Shown: positions 44,374 through 52,356 of the stretch, piece after piece
Layout of the letters: every line of letters begins with the position of its first letter
Position numbering within the stretch: position 1 is the first letter of the stretch
Source of the DNA: Bacilli bacterium
GTDB lineage: Bacteria > Bacillota_I > Bacilli_A > RFN20 > CAG-288
Assembly: GCA_022780765.1 (NCBI GenBank)
Contig: JALEUS010000054.1
Span: 1 to 52,356, forward strand
Length of the DNA stretch: 52,356 nt
Direction of reading: 5' to 3'
The notes under the pieces: generated by a model
What the model saw: the letters and a program-made list of their open reading frames with translations, nothing else
Database searches by the model: none
What the model was told of the DNA's origin: nothing
Position numbers and translations under genes: made by a program

Positions 44374-46041
44374 ATGATAAATTTTATGTCTTACCTATCA
44401 TTTTATAACAAATACAGACCACAGTCTTTTTCTGAAGTGGTTGGTCAAAAGGTTATTGTCAAAACTCTCAAAAATTCATTAAAAAACAAGAAGATTTCAC
44501 ATGCTTATCTTTTCTGCGGTCCCAGAGGCACAGGAAAAACTACTATGGCAAGACTCTTTGCTAAATCTTTAAACTGCGAAGAAGGCATCGGAAATCAGTG
44601 TTTGAAATGCTCTTCCTGTCAGAAGATAAAAGATGGAAATCATCCAGATGTTGTTGAGATAGATGCAGCTAGCAATTCCACTGTGGACTCGGTTAGAAAT
44701 CTGATTGAAAACATCTCATACCAACCTATCCTATCAAGATATAAGGTGTACATAATAGATGAAGTTCACAACATGTCAAACTCAGCTTTCAACGCCTTGT
44801 TGAAGACGCTTGAGGAACCACCTTCTTTTGTCGTCTTCATCTTAGCTACAACAGAACCTCAGAAAATCCTTCCTACCATTCTTTCAAGAGTCCAGAGATA
44901 CGATTTTTCAAAGGTCTCAAACGAGGATATCTTTTTAAATCTGAAGAGGGTTTTAGATATGGAGAAGATACCTTATGAAGATGAAGCATTAAAAGAGATA
45001 TCCTATCTTGCAGATGGAGGAGTCAGAGACTCCTTATCTCTTTTAGAACAGGCGGTATCCTACTGCGATAAGAAAGTTAATTTGAAAGATATCTACTCTT
45101 TATTTGGAATTCTATCCAAGAAAGAGAAATTGACTTTTATCTCAGCCATCGAAAAAAAAGACAGTGTAAAAATCGTCTCCTTTTTAAAAGAAAAGTATCA
45201 AAGAGGAGTCGACCTACTTCGTTTTCATCAGGATATCTTAAAGATACTTAAAGATATTTATATATATAATTTAACCAATGATGAAAATCTTCTTGAGGTT
45301 CTCAATAAAGAAGATATCAAAGACATCCAACTTTCAAATGGTGTTTTAAATCATCATATAAATACCCTAATGACAAGGTTCAGAGAGTACCGTTATACAG
45401 ACGATGTTTTAACAAACTGTGAACTATCTTTTTTATCGTTGATAAGCGATGAACAAATAGAGTTTTCACCCAGAGAAAAAACTGTGAGACAGGAAGAGAA
45501 AAATACTGTTACAAAAGAGAATAAAGAGGAGCTTCTATCTTCTCCTACTTTGATAGAAGTCAGCGATAAAGAGGAGAAAAAAGGAATAGAGAAAGATGAA
45601 AAAAGAATAACTGCAGATGATAGTGAGATTGTCAATCTGATGCTGAGATCAAAAAAGGAGGACAGAATCGAGATCAATTCTCTTTGGGACAACCTTCAAA
45701 AAGAGCTCAGAGGTAAAAACAAGATAATCGCAGCTAGCATCTACTCTTCAAGGCTTAGATTAGTAGATAGTCAAGATAAGATTATTCTTTTATCATCATC
45801 TATTAAGACTGAGATAGAGAAGTTGAATCCTATGAGTGTTCAAAAGAAGATCAGCTCTCTTCTCTCTTCCTGTTTTAATAGAGATTATAATCTTCTCATC
45901 ATTTCTGAAGAGCAGTTTAAAAGAGCGACCGAACTTTATAAAAGCGGAGAGTACAAGGAAAGCAAAAGACCAAACATCGTTTTTGATGACAACGAAAAGA
46001 GAGCATCAGATGAGTTTGTCAGTTCATTATTTGAAGAATAA
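44374..46041 (+). CDS. dnaX: DNA polymerase III subunit tau (DnaX)
   Basis: 555 aa: ..YNKYRPQSFSEVVGQ..LFCGPRGTGKTT.., Zn module CEEGIGNQCLKCSSCQ, ..YIIDEVHNMS.., SRVQRYDF. The alternative start at ATG 44386 (MSYLSFYNKYRP) is equally plausible. Confidence 0.93.
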   Translation: MINFMSYLSFYNKYRPQSFSEVVGQKVIVKTLKNSLKNKKISHAYLFCGPRGTGKTTMARLFAKSLNCEEGIGNQCLKCSSCQKIKDGNHPDVVEIDAASNSTVDSVRNLIENISYQPILSRYKVYIIDEVHNMSNSAFNALLKTLEEPPSFVVFILATTEPQKILPTILSRVQRYDFSKVSNEDIFLNLKRVLDMEKIPYEDEALKEISYLADGGVRDSLSLLEQAVSYCDKKVNLKDIYSLFGILSKKEKLTFISAIEKKDSVKIVSFLKEKYQRGVDLLRFHQDILKILKDIYIYNLTNDENLLEVLNKEDIKDIQLSNGVLNHHINTLMTRFREYRYTDDVLTNCELSFLSLISDEQIEFSPREKTVRQEEKNTVTKENKEELLSSPTLIEVSDKEEKKGIEKDEKRITADDSEIVNLMLRSKKEDRIEINSLWDNLQKELRGKNKIIAASIYSSRLRLVDSQDKIILLSSSIKTEIEKLNPMSVQKKISSLLSSCFNRDYNLLIISEEQFKRATELYKSGEYKESKRPNIVFDDNEKRASDEFVSSLFEE

Positions 46042-46052
46042 AGGAGAGTATT

Positions 46053-46409
46053 ATGGAAGACGAGAACATCAAAAAAGCCAAGCAAGCAGTTGAATTTACA
46101 ATGATGCAGGAGAGAGCTAAAAAATTGCAGGAACAGTTCTCTGCTTTATCAAACAAAGTCTACAAAGGAAAAAGACAGGGAATAAACATCCAGATGAAAG
46201 GAGACTATCAGGTTTTAGATATAACGATAGATCAGTCCTTTTATGAAACCAGTTCCAAGACTCAGATGGAACAAGCTCTTATGATATGTTTGACCAATTT
46301 AAAACAAGCTATCGACTTAGAGCAAGAACAGCTTAAAAACTCTCTGCAAACAGAGATAAATAAATTTCAAAGCGAGATGATGAAAGAAAAAGAAAATGGA
46401 CAAGATTAA
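46053..46409 (+). CDS. ybaB: YbaB/EbfC-family nucleoid-associated protein
   Basis: 118 aa with an AAAGGAGAG SD. It sits in the conserved position between dnaX and recR. The pattern is typical: ..MQERAKKLQEQ..GINIQMKGDYQVLDITIDQS..MEQALMICLTN... Confidence 0.75.
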   Translation: MEDENIKKAKQAVEFTMMQERAKKLQEQFSALSNKVYKGKRQGINIQMKGDYQVLDITIDQSFYETSSKTQMEQALMICLTNLKQAIDLEQEQLKNSLQTEINKFQSEMMKEKENGQD

Positions 46410-46995
46410 GGTTATCGAAAAACTCATAAGCTGTTATAAAAAACTTCCTTCTGTCGGATACAAGACCGCTGAGAGATTAGCTTACTCAACTTTGGATTTA
46501 AAATCAGAAGAGATCGATTCTTTTATAGAAAACTTAGAAGAGGCTAAAAATATAAAAAGATGTGATAGATGCGGTATCTACATAGAGGATAGTTGTCCTC
46601 TTTGCAACGATGAAAAAAGAGATAAGAAGACAATACTTGTCGTCTCCTCTCCAAGAGATGTGTACTCCATTGAAAAATCAGGTGTCTACAATGGTTTATA
46701 CTTCACACTGAATGGCACTCTCTCTGCAGTTCACAACAGAGATAGCCACTCTACAAAAATCGATGAGTTATTTAAAAAGATTGAAGAGGAGAAGATTGAG
46801 GAACTCATTCTGGTTTTGGATTCTACTTTAGATGGAGAGATGACCTGTTCATACATCATCAATCACCTGTCATCATGTAACATCAAGATAAGCAAGATCG
46901 CTCACGGGATACCTTTAGGTACCTCTCTTGAGTATCTGGATGAGATGACAATCAATCTCTCGATAAAAGGAAGACAAGTTGTAAAGGAAAAATAA
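46396..46995 (+). CDS. recR: Recombination protein RecR
   Basis: 199 aa. It has the HhH motif LPSVGYKTAERLAY, the Cys4 zinc finger CDRCGIYIEDSCPLC, and the Toprim region ILVVSSPRDVYSIEKSGVYNGLYF. Confidence 0.92.
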   Translation: MDKIKVIEKLISCYKKLPSVGYKTAERLAYSTLDLKSEEIDSFIENLEEAKNIKRCDRCGIYIEDSCPLCNDEKRDKKTILVVSSPRDVYSIEKSGVYNGLYFTLNGTLSAVHNRDSHSTKIDELFKKIEEEKIEELILVLDSTLDGEMTCSYIINHLSSCNIKISKIAHGIPLGTSLEYLDEMTINLSIKGRQVVKEK

Positions 46996-46998
46996 GAT

Positions 46999-47643
46999 AT
47001 GAAAAAAGGTTTGTTTATCACATTTGAAGGAGTAGATGGCTCTGGAAAGACATCTGTTTTAAAAGGAGTGAACGATCTTCTTTTAAAAAACGGAATATCA
47101 AATTTTATAATAACAAGAGAGCCAGGCGGCTCAAAGATAACTGAGAAGATAAGAAGCATCATCCTGGATAGAGATAATATCGAAGAGGATATCAAGACTG
47201 AAGCTCTTCTTTACGCTGCAAGCAGAAGGCAACACCTTGTCGATGTCATCATAAAAAGACTTGAAGAAGGTGTCCACGTCATCTGTGACAGATATGTGGA
47301 TTCATCTTTAGCTTACCAGGGATACGCAAGAGGAATAGGAATAGAAGAGGTCAGAAAGATAAATGAATTTGCTATAGGTTCTCTTTATCCAGACTTGACA
47401 ATCTACCTTGATTTGGCTCCTGAAGAAGGTCTTAAAAGGATCATGAAAAACCGTGAAAATCCTGACAGATTAGATGTTGAAAAACTTTCCTTCCACAAGA
47501 AGGTCTACGAAGGATATGAAGAAGTTTATAAGATGTTCCAAGGAAGAATTTATAAAGTGGATGCTAAACAAGATCTTCTTTCGGTAACAAAAGATGCTTT
47601 CAATAAGGTTTATGAATTTATAGTGCAGAATGAAAAAAGATGA
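46999..47643 (+). CDS. tmk: Thymidylate kinase
   Basis: 214 aa. It has the P-loop FITFEGVDGSGKTS, then ..TREPGG.. and ..DRYVDSSLAYQG... Confidence 0.93.
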   Translation: MKKGLFITFEGVDGSGKTSVLKGVNDLLLKNGISNFIITREPGGSKITEKIRSIILDRDNIEEDIKTEALLYAASRRQHLVDVIIKRLEEGVHVICDRYVDSSLAYQGYARGIGIEEVRKINEFAIGSLYPDLTIYLDLAPEEGLKRIMKNRENPDRLDVEKLSFHKKVYEGYEEVYKMFQGRIYKVDAKQDLLSVTKDAFNKVYEFIVQNEKR

Positions 47644-48616
47644 ACTGTTAAATTATCAACCAGTGCTGACAAAGCTGTTCTCTTCAAGCAAAAAGAAAGA
47701 GAGATTAGCTAATGCTTATCTGCTTTTTGGAGAAGAGAATGCTCCTTTAAAAGAGACAGCTTTAGCCTTAGCTAAGATGATAAACTGCAAAGAAGATGAT
47801 ATCTTCTGCGACAAGTGCATCTCCTGTAGCAAGTACGATAATCTGTCTGCAAGCGATTTTCTTCTGATAGATGGTAAAAAAGAGATCATAAAAAAAGAAC
47901 AGATAAAAAGACTAGAAGATTTCTTTTCAATGTCTGCTTTAGAGAAAAACCATCATCCTATTTACATCATCAACAATGTGGAAAACATCACAGCAGAAGC
48001 GATAAACAGCTTGTTAAAATTTTTAGAGGAAGGGAAAAATGAAGTGATCGCTCTTCTTACCGCAAACAACAGAGAGAAGGTGCTAAAGACTATCTTATCA
48101 CGCTGTGTGAAAGTCACTGTCAACCCTCTTCCATACAACATATTTGAAAGCTCACTTTTAAATCAGGAAATAACTATCAAAGATAACAGAATCATTTTTG
48201 ATAGGCAACTGATTAAAACCTTGTATCCTTTTTACTCCTGTAGAGAAACCCTTCTCTCTGATTTAAGTGAAGATGAATCCTTCTTTAAAGCGTACGAATT
48301 ATATCCTTATCTCTTATCATCCTTAGCTGTTTCAATCGATAATTTCACTTTCTTCATCCTGAGAGAAATACAACTTAACAGCGATAATAAGTGTTATAAT
48401 TGGTTGTTTCTACTGCTGAGAAATTCTTTTGTAAAAATCCTCTACAAAGAAATAGATGAAGATGCTTTTTCTAGCGAATTATCAAAGATTAAAAGCAGAG
48501 GATACAATATTGAAAACGCATTGAGAGAAATAAACAGGATTCTTTCCTTATCCAGGATCAATCCCAGCATCACTTTAAATTTTTTGAAAGTAGCTGATAA
48601 ACTGAAAGGAGATTAA
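47630..48616 (+). CDS. holB: DNA polymerase III delta' subunit
   Basis: 328 aa: ..RLANAYLLFGEE.., Zn-module-like C..DIFCDKCISC, ..NSLLKFLEE.. and ..TILSRC... It sits in the conserved position after tmk. Confidence 0.85.
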   Translation: MKKDELLNYQPVLTKLFSSSKKKERLANAYLLFGEENAPLKETALALAKMINCKEDDIFCDKCISCSKYDNLSASDFLLIDGKKEIIKKEQIKRLEDFFSMSALEKNHHPIYIINNVENITAEAINSLLKFLEEGKNEVIALLTANNREKVLKTILSRCVKVTVNPLPYNIFESSLLNQEITIKDNRIIFDRQLIKTLYPFYSCRETLLSDLSEDESFFKAYELYPYLLSSLAVSIDNFTFFILREIQLNSDNKCYNWLFLLLRNSFVKILYKEIDEDAFSSELSKIKSRGYNIENALREINRILSLSRINPSITLNFLKVADKLKGD

Positions 48617-48617
48617 G

Positions 48618-49817
48618 ATGAATCTCATAGGAATACCATTTGAATTTGTTGGAATGACTTACTACCAGTGTCCTTTTGATATAACAATAGGTTCCAAAGT
48701 CATAGTCACAAACGATTTCGGTACTTTTTTAGCAACAGTATCAAAAGTCAGAAAAGCATCAGATCAGGAATGTGAGAAAGAGAACTTCAATCAGCTCTTT
48801 CCTCCTATCGATAGAATCGCAAACAGCGACGAAATAAAAGAAGATGAAAAACTCATATCCTACAGGAAAGATATCTGCTCTTTTGCTCAGAAACAAGCAG
48901 ATGAACTATCTTTAGATATGGATATATTAAACTGCTTTATCGATCTCTCTTCAGATAAGCTTCTTATTACCTATCTAGCTGAAAGCAGAGTCGACTTCAG
49001 AGAGTTGGTTAAAATTCTCATGGCTGCCTTCAGAAAAAGAATAGAGCTGAGGCAATTAGGACCTAGGGATCACGCTTCTTTAATAGGAGGAATAGGACCT
49101 TGCGGTCTTCCTCTTTGCTGCTCTACTTTCCTGACAGAATTTGATGGGATAAGCATCAACATGGCAAAGAATCAACTGCTTGTCATAAACACTGCTAAAT
49201 TGTCTGGACAGTGCGGAAAGCTTCTCTGTTGCTTAAAATTTGAAGATGAATCATACACAATCATCAAGAAGGATTACCCTGATATAGGAGAGGTGATAAA
49301 TTATAAAAACTCACAGTACAAAGTAGTGTCTATTAACGTCCTATCAGATACGATAACCTGCTACAACAATGAAAACTATGAATCGTTCACCAAAGAAGAG
49401 TATCAGAAAGCTAAAAAAGGAATAGCCAAAAAAGAGAACAACACTGTCATCGATATCAATGCTAATGTCAATCTCTCCGGAAAAGGAGTTCAGGACACCA
49501 AAAACAGAATCCAGCAGATAAAGAGAGATGAGAAGGAAAGAAAAGAGACAGAAAACACTGATAAAAATAGACAGAATAAGCAACAGAATAAAAATAAGAA
49601 CAAAAATAACAATCAAAATATAAACAGATTTGATAAAAATAATCACAAGAAACAATCTGAAGAGAAAAAACCAAATAGGAACAATAAAAATAAGAACAAC
49701 TTCAAAGGTAACTTCAATAATCACTTCTCTTTTTCAAAACACGATGATGGATTTATTCCAGTTTCTGAGATCAAAGACAGATCTATTTTAGAAAGCGACA
49801 AAGATGATAAGAAATAA
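48618..49817 (+). CDS. ricT: PSP1-domain protein (RicT/YaaT-like) with a ~130-aa Lys/Asn-rich C-terminal extension
   Basis: The PSP1 core reads ..VDFRELVKILMAAFRKRIELRQLGPRD..GPCGLPLCCSTFL..SGQCGKLLCCLKFE... It sits in the conserved position after holB. Confidence 0.85.
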   Translation: MNLIGIPFEFVGMTYYQCPFDITIGSKVIVTNDFGTFLATVSKVRKASDQECEKENFNQLFPPIDRIANSDEIKEDEKLISYRKDICSFAQKQADELSLDMDILNCFIDLSSDKLLITYLAESRVDFRELVKILMAAFRKRIELRQLGPRDHASLIGGIGPCGLPLCCSTFLTEFDGISINMAKNQLLVINTAKLSGQCGKLLCCLKFEDESYTIIKKDYPDIGEVINYKNSQYKVVSINVLSDTITCYNNENYESFTKEEYQKAKKGIAKKENNTVIDINANVNLSGKGVQDTKNRIQQIKRDEKERKETENTDKNRQNKQQNKNKNKNNNQNINRFDKNNHKKQSEEKKPNRNNKNKNNFKGNFNNHFSFSKHDDGFIPVSEIKDRSILESDKDDKK

Positions 49818-50670
49818 GCCTTACTCTGATGATACAAAACCTATTATCTATTTGGTCGCTACTCCGATAGGAAATATCGAAGATATCACTTTAAGAGCGA
49901 TCAGAATTTTAAAAGAAACAGATATCATCTGCTGTGAAGATACCAGAAATACATCTCTCCTTTTAAAGAGACTTAATATAGAGAACAAAAAGATCTATTC
50001 ACTGTACGCTCAAAATGAGAAAGAGAACTCCAAAGAGATAATAAGAAAAATTAAGGAAGAGAAACTATCTCTTTGCTATCTCTCTGATGCAGGAATGCCT
50101 GGCATATCTGATCCAGGATCCATCCTTGTAAAAGAAGCCTACAGTAACGATGTAAAGGTGTCTGTCTTACCAGGACCCAGTGCAGTCATCTCCTCTTTAG
50201 TGATATCTTCCTTAGACACTTCCGATTTTTCTTTCTATGGATTTCTTCCTACAAAAGAGAATGCAAAAAGAAACTTTCTATCATCCCTTGCATACAGAAA
50301 AGAAACTCTGATATTCTATGAGTCTCCTAACAGAATAAAAGAGACTATCAACATAGCTAAAGATGTTTTCTCCCCTGAGAGAAAAGCATGTATAGTAAGA
50401 GAGATAAGCAAGATTCACGAAGAGGTCATCTCTTCTACTTTAGAAGAATTATCATCCTTAAAGGAAGAGATAAAAGGAGAGATAGTCTTCCTGATTGAGG
50501 GAACTAAAGAGAAAGAGGTAATGAGCGACAAACAGGTTATACTGCTGTTAAAAGAAGGAATCAAAGAAGAGAAATTGTCTTCTTTGACAAAAAGAATATC
50601 TCAGATATCTAACAGAGATAGAAAAGAGATATATAACCTCGCTTTAAAACTCAAAGGAGAAGACAGATGA
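49804..50670 (+). CDS. rsmI: 16S rRNA (cytidine1402-2'-O)-methyltransferase
   Basis: 288 aa: ..IYLVATPIGNIEDITLRAIRILKETDIICCEDTRNTSLLL.., ..SDAGMPGISDPG.. and ..FYESPNRI... Confidence 0.92.
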   Translation: MIRNKPYSDDTKPIIYLVATPIGNIEDITLRAIRILKETDIICCEDTRNTSLLLKRLNIENKKIYSLYAQNEKENSKEIIRKIKEEKLSLCYLSDAGMPGISDPGSILVKEAYSNDVKVSVLPGPSAVISSLVISSLDTSDFSFYGFLPTKENAKRNFLSSLAYRKETLIFYESPNRIKETINIAKDVFSPERKACIVREISKIHEEVISSTLEELSSLKEEIKGEIVFLIEGTKEKEVMSDKQVILLLKEGIKEEKLSSLTKRISQISNRDRKEIYNLALKLKGEDR

Positions 50671-51668
50671 GAAAAGGAAGGTTGCTTAAAGATGGCTCTG
50701 TTCTCTACACGATAGCTCCATCATTTGGAGTCACATTTGATCCTTACCTGACCAGATATAAAAAGAGCGTTGAAAACATGAAGAATTTAGGATACTTCTT
50801 CATCGAAGGAAAGAATGTTTTTTTAAACGATGGCTTTTTCTCATCAAACGATCCTAAAAAAAGAGCGGAAGAACTGATGGAAGCCTTCACTCAACAGAAG
50901 AGCGATTTTATCTTCACAGTCGGTGGAGGAGAGATGGCAATTGAAATTCTTCCCTTCATAGATTTTGAAAAGATAAAAAAGTGCACTCCTAAATGGGTGA
51001 TTGGTTTTTCTGATATCACAAATGTTATCTTCCCATTGACAACCATCACTGATCTGATGACAATCTATGGCCCATGTATGACATCTTACTTCAATAGTCC
51101 TCTAATACTCTCTTCAAAAAATACGATCTCAATGCTTAAAGGAGAGAAGCATTTTGAAGGATATCCTTTCTACTGCGATAAACAGGAAGAAGAATGCGAT
51201 CCTCTAGCTCCTCTTCTCTTGAATCAGAAGAAAGAGCTGATAGTAGAAAACTTCACCTCTCCTTTTAAAGGAATACTTCTTGGAGGATGTCTAGACTGCC
51301 TCCACTCTCTTGTCGGAACAAGATTTGATAAAGTAAAAGATTTCACTGAAAGACACAGAGATGAGAAAATAATCTTCTTCCTTGAAAACTGTGAGCTCAG
51401 CAACTTAGAGCAGAGAAGAGCACTCTTCCAATTGAGGGAAGCTTCCTGGTTTGATAACTGTTCTGGATTTTTAATCGGCAGAGATAACAGGTACACATAT
51501 GAGGAGAATCCTTATTTCTTTGAGACTTACCAAGCTATCAGAGAGCTAAATCTTCCTATCATCTACAACTGCGATTTTGGACATATCCCACCTTCATTAC
51601 CTATGATGATGGGAGCAACCTGCACTGTATCAATTAAAGACAATAATCTGATCATGGATTATCAGTGA
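50667..51668 (+). CDS. S66-family LD-carboxypeptidase/MccF-like serine peptidase
   Basis: 333 aa. It has the nucleophile elbow WVIGFSDITNV and the C-terminal catalytic region ..YNCDFGHIPP... The start overlaps the rsmI stop (ATGA). Confidence 0.75.
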   Translation: MRKGRLLKDGSVLYTIAPSFGVTFDPYLTRYKKSVENMKNLGYFFIEGKNVFLNDGFFSSNDPKKRAEELMEAFTQQKSDFIFTVGGGEMAIEILPFIDFEKIKKCTPKWVIGFSDITNVIFPLTTITDLMTIYGPCMTSYFNSPLILSSKNTISMLKGEKHFEGYPFYCDKQEEECDPLAPLLLNQKKELIVENFTSPFKGILLGGCLDCLHSLVGTRFDKVKDFTERHRDEKIIFFLENCELSNLEQRRALFQLREASWFDNCSGFLIGRDNRYTYEENPYFFETYQAIRELNLPIIYNCDFGHIPPSLPMMMGATCTVSIKDNNLIMDYQ

Positions 51669-52170
51669 TCATCTATCAATTGATATATTCTTTCTTTCAT
51701 ATCTGCAAATTAAAGGATAGTTATTTTTTCTGATAACAATCCTTATTCCAATAATCAACAATGAGATAAGATATTATCTTTATCCATGGTCACAGAAAAG
51801 AGATAAAAAACAACAATCAGAAAAGTCAAAAACAGAACTTACTGCGGAAAGATGTATGATGCTGATAAACTAAGGTGTCTTCTCTCTATTTTTTCTGACT
51901 AATAAGATATCAACTTGAATAAGAATTAAAGAAATTAAACTCATAAAAATATTTGAATCGATAGTGAAAATTTTAAACGGATTTTTTCCTGCTTTAAAGG
52001 GTATAGTAAAATCTTTCGTATTGCTCTTAACAAAGAAAAACATACATACAAAAGCACTGATAAAAATAAAAAGATTAAAAATCAGTGAGATGATATGGTT
52101 TTCTTCTAACAGTATTTATAAATAACTCCATATTATCAATATCTATTATATAAAAATCAGCAATACTTAA

Positions 52171-52204
52171 ATAGGAGCCACCTGTTAAGACAAGTGACTC
52201 CTAT
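52171..52204 (-). terminator. Candidate terminator hairpin after the partial minus-strand gene
   Basis: This is a 14-bp stem. Its two mismatches on the plus strand become G-U pairs only in the minus-strand RNA, which supports the strand assignment. The trailing U-run is weak (UUUAAG). Confidence 0.45.
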
Positions 52205-52248
52205 TATTTGTTTATAAAAGATTAAAGACGATTGAAGATTATTTATGC

Positions 52249-52356
52249 TTATGCTGGAATATCATTTTCTGTAAGAGCTCTGTTATTGATGATTCTTCCA
52301 TCAGCTGAGGCTGGGACTTTTACTGTTCCAGCTTTAATTGCATTGATTAAAGCCTG
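52249..52356 (-). CDS. 3' end of an unidentified gene (partial; possibly a BMP-family/ABC substrate-binding lipoprotein)
   Basis: The minus strand reads QALINAIKAGTVKVPASADGRIINNRALTENDIPA* with the stop at 52249-52251. The family guess rests only on resemblance to C-terminal ..G.IKVP.. endings. Confidence 0.4.
   Translation of the reverse strand, partial: QALINAIKAGTVKVPASADGRIINNRALTENDIPA

Noticed and set aside
45152-45159. An A8 run inside dnaX (GAA AAA AAA GAC) could be a programmed frameshift or transcriptional-slippage site producing a gamma-like short DnaX. The +1 frame hits TAA after three codons.
   Set aside because: The truncated product would end near residue 262 of 555. That is before domain III, which a functional clamp-loader gamma subunit needs. 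The -1 frame runs on for ~30 codons. No stimulatory hairpin or internal SD was seen. This is most likely just a Lys-Lys codon pair in an AT-rich genome.
49560-49700. Repetitive A-rich DNA (AATAAAAATAAGAACA x2, runs of AAT/AAC/AAA codons) could be a tandem repeat, a CRISPR-like array or a contingency locus.
   Set aside because: It lies in frame inside the ricT ORF and encodes a Lys/Asn low-complexity tail. There are no regularly spaced identical repeats with unique spacers, and no long homopolymer.

Overview
This is an AT-rich chromosomal segment, about one-third G+C by eye. Gene content suggests a low-GC Firmicutes/Mollicutes-like bacterium (Erysipelotrichia/Acholeplasma type). The standard genetic code applies: TGA is used as a stop at 11153-11155 and 16043-16045. 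Gene density is high, and many genes are translationally coupled. There are two housekeeping blocks. On the minus strand: yaaA-recF-gyrB-gyrA-(GT-like)-serS at 11.2-19.5 kb. On the plus strand: dnaX-ybaB-recR-tmk-holB-ricT-rsmI-S66 peptidase at 44.4-51.7 kb. Also present are ispE, phosphoketolase, an M18 aminopeptidase, thiamine pyrophosphokinase and an NfeD/SPFH pair. Roughly 45% of the window encodes predicted surface proteins built from Listeria-Bacteroides (Flg_new) repeats, BspA-type LRRs and MBG-like modules. These comprise a decayed LRR lipoprotein gene (330-1386), a coupled three-gene module (1501-8277), a repeat lipoprotein (36400-38286), and two adjacent giant lipoprotein genes of 2039 and 2673 aa (20923-35083) that appear co-transcribed. 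I recognised no rRNA, tRNA, CRISPR array, transposase, integrase or phage genes. The most noteworthy observations are:
- A His15-less, Ser46-retaining (Crh-like) HPr gene lies divergent from a fused double-DUF1538 membrane protein and a tandem P-II protein. An identical 11-mer abuts both start codons.
- GyrA and GyrB naturally carry residues at the classical quinolone-resistance positions (Leu at the Asp87 equivalent, Asn at the Asp426 equivalent).
- Gyrase and RicT carry long charged extensions.
- A G+C-rich structured island sits between back-to-back promoters upstream of the giant-adhesin operon and ispE.
- An unassigned strand-rich domain occupies the centre of the 895-aa lipoprotein.
All family assignments come from motif recognition by eye, not from searches.
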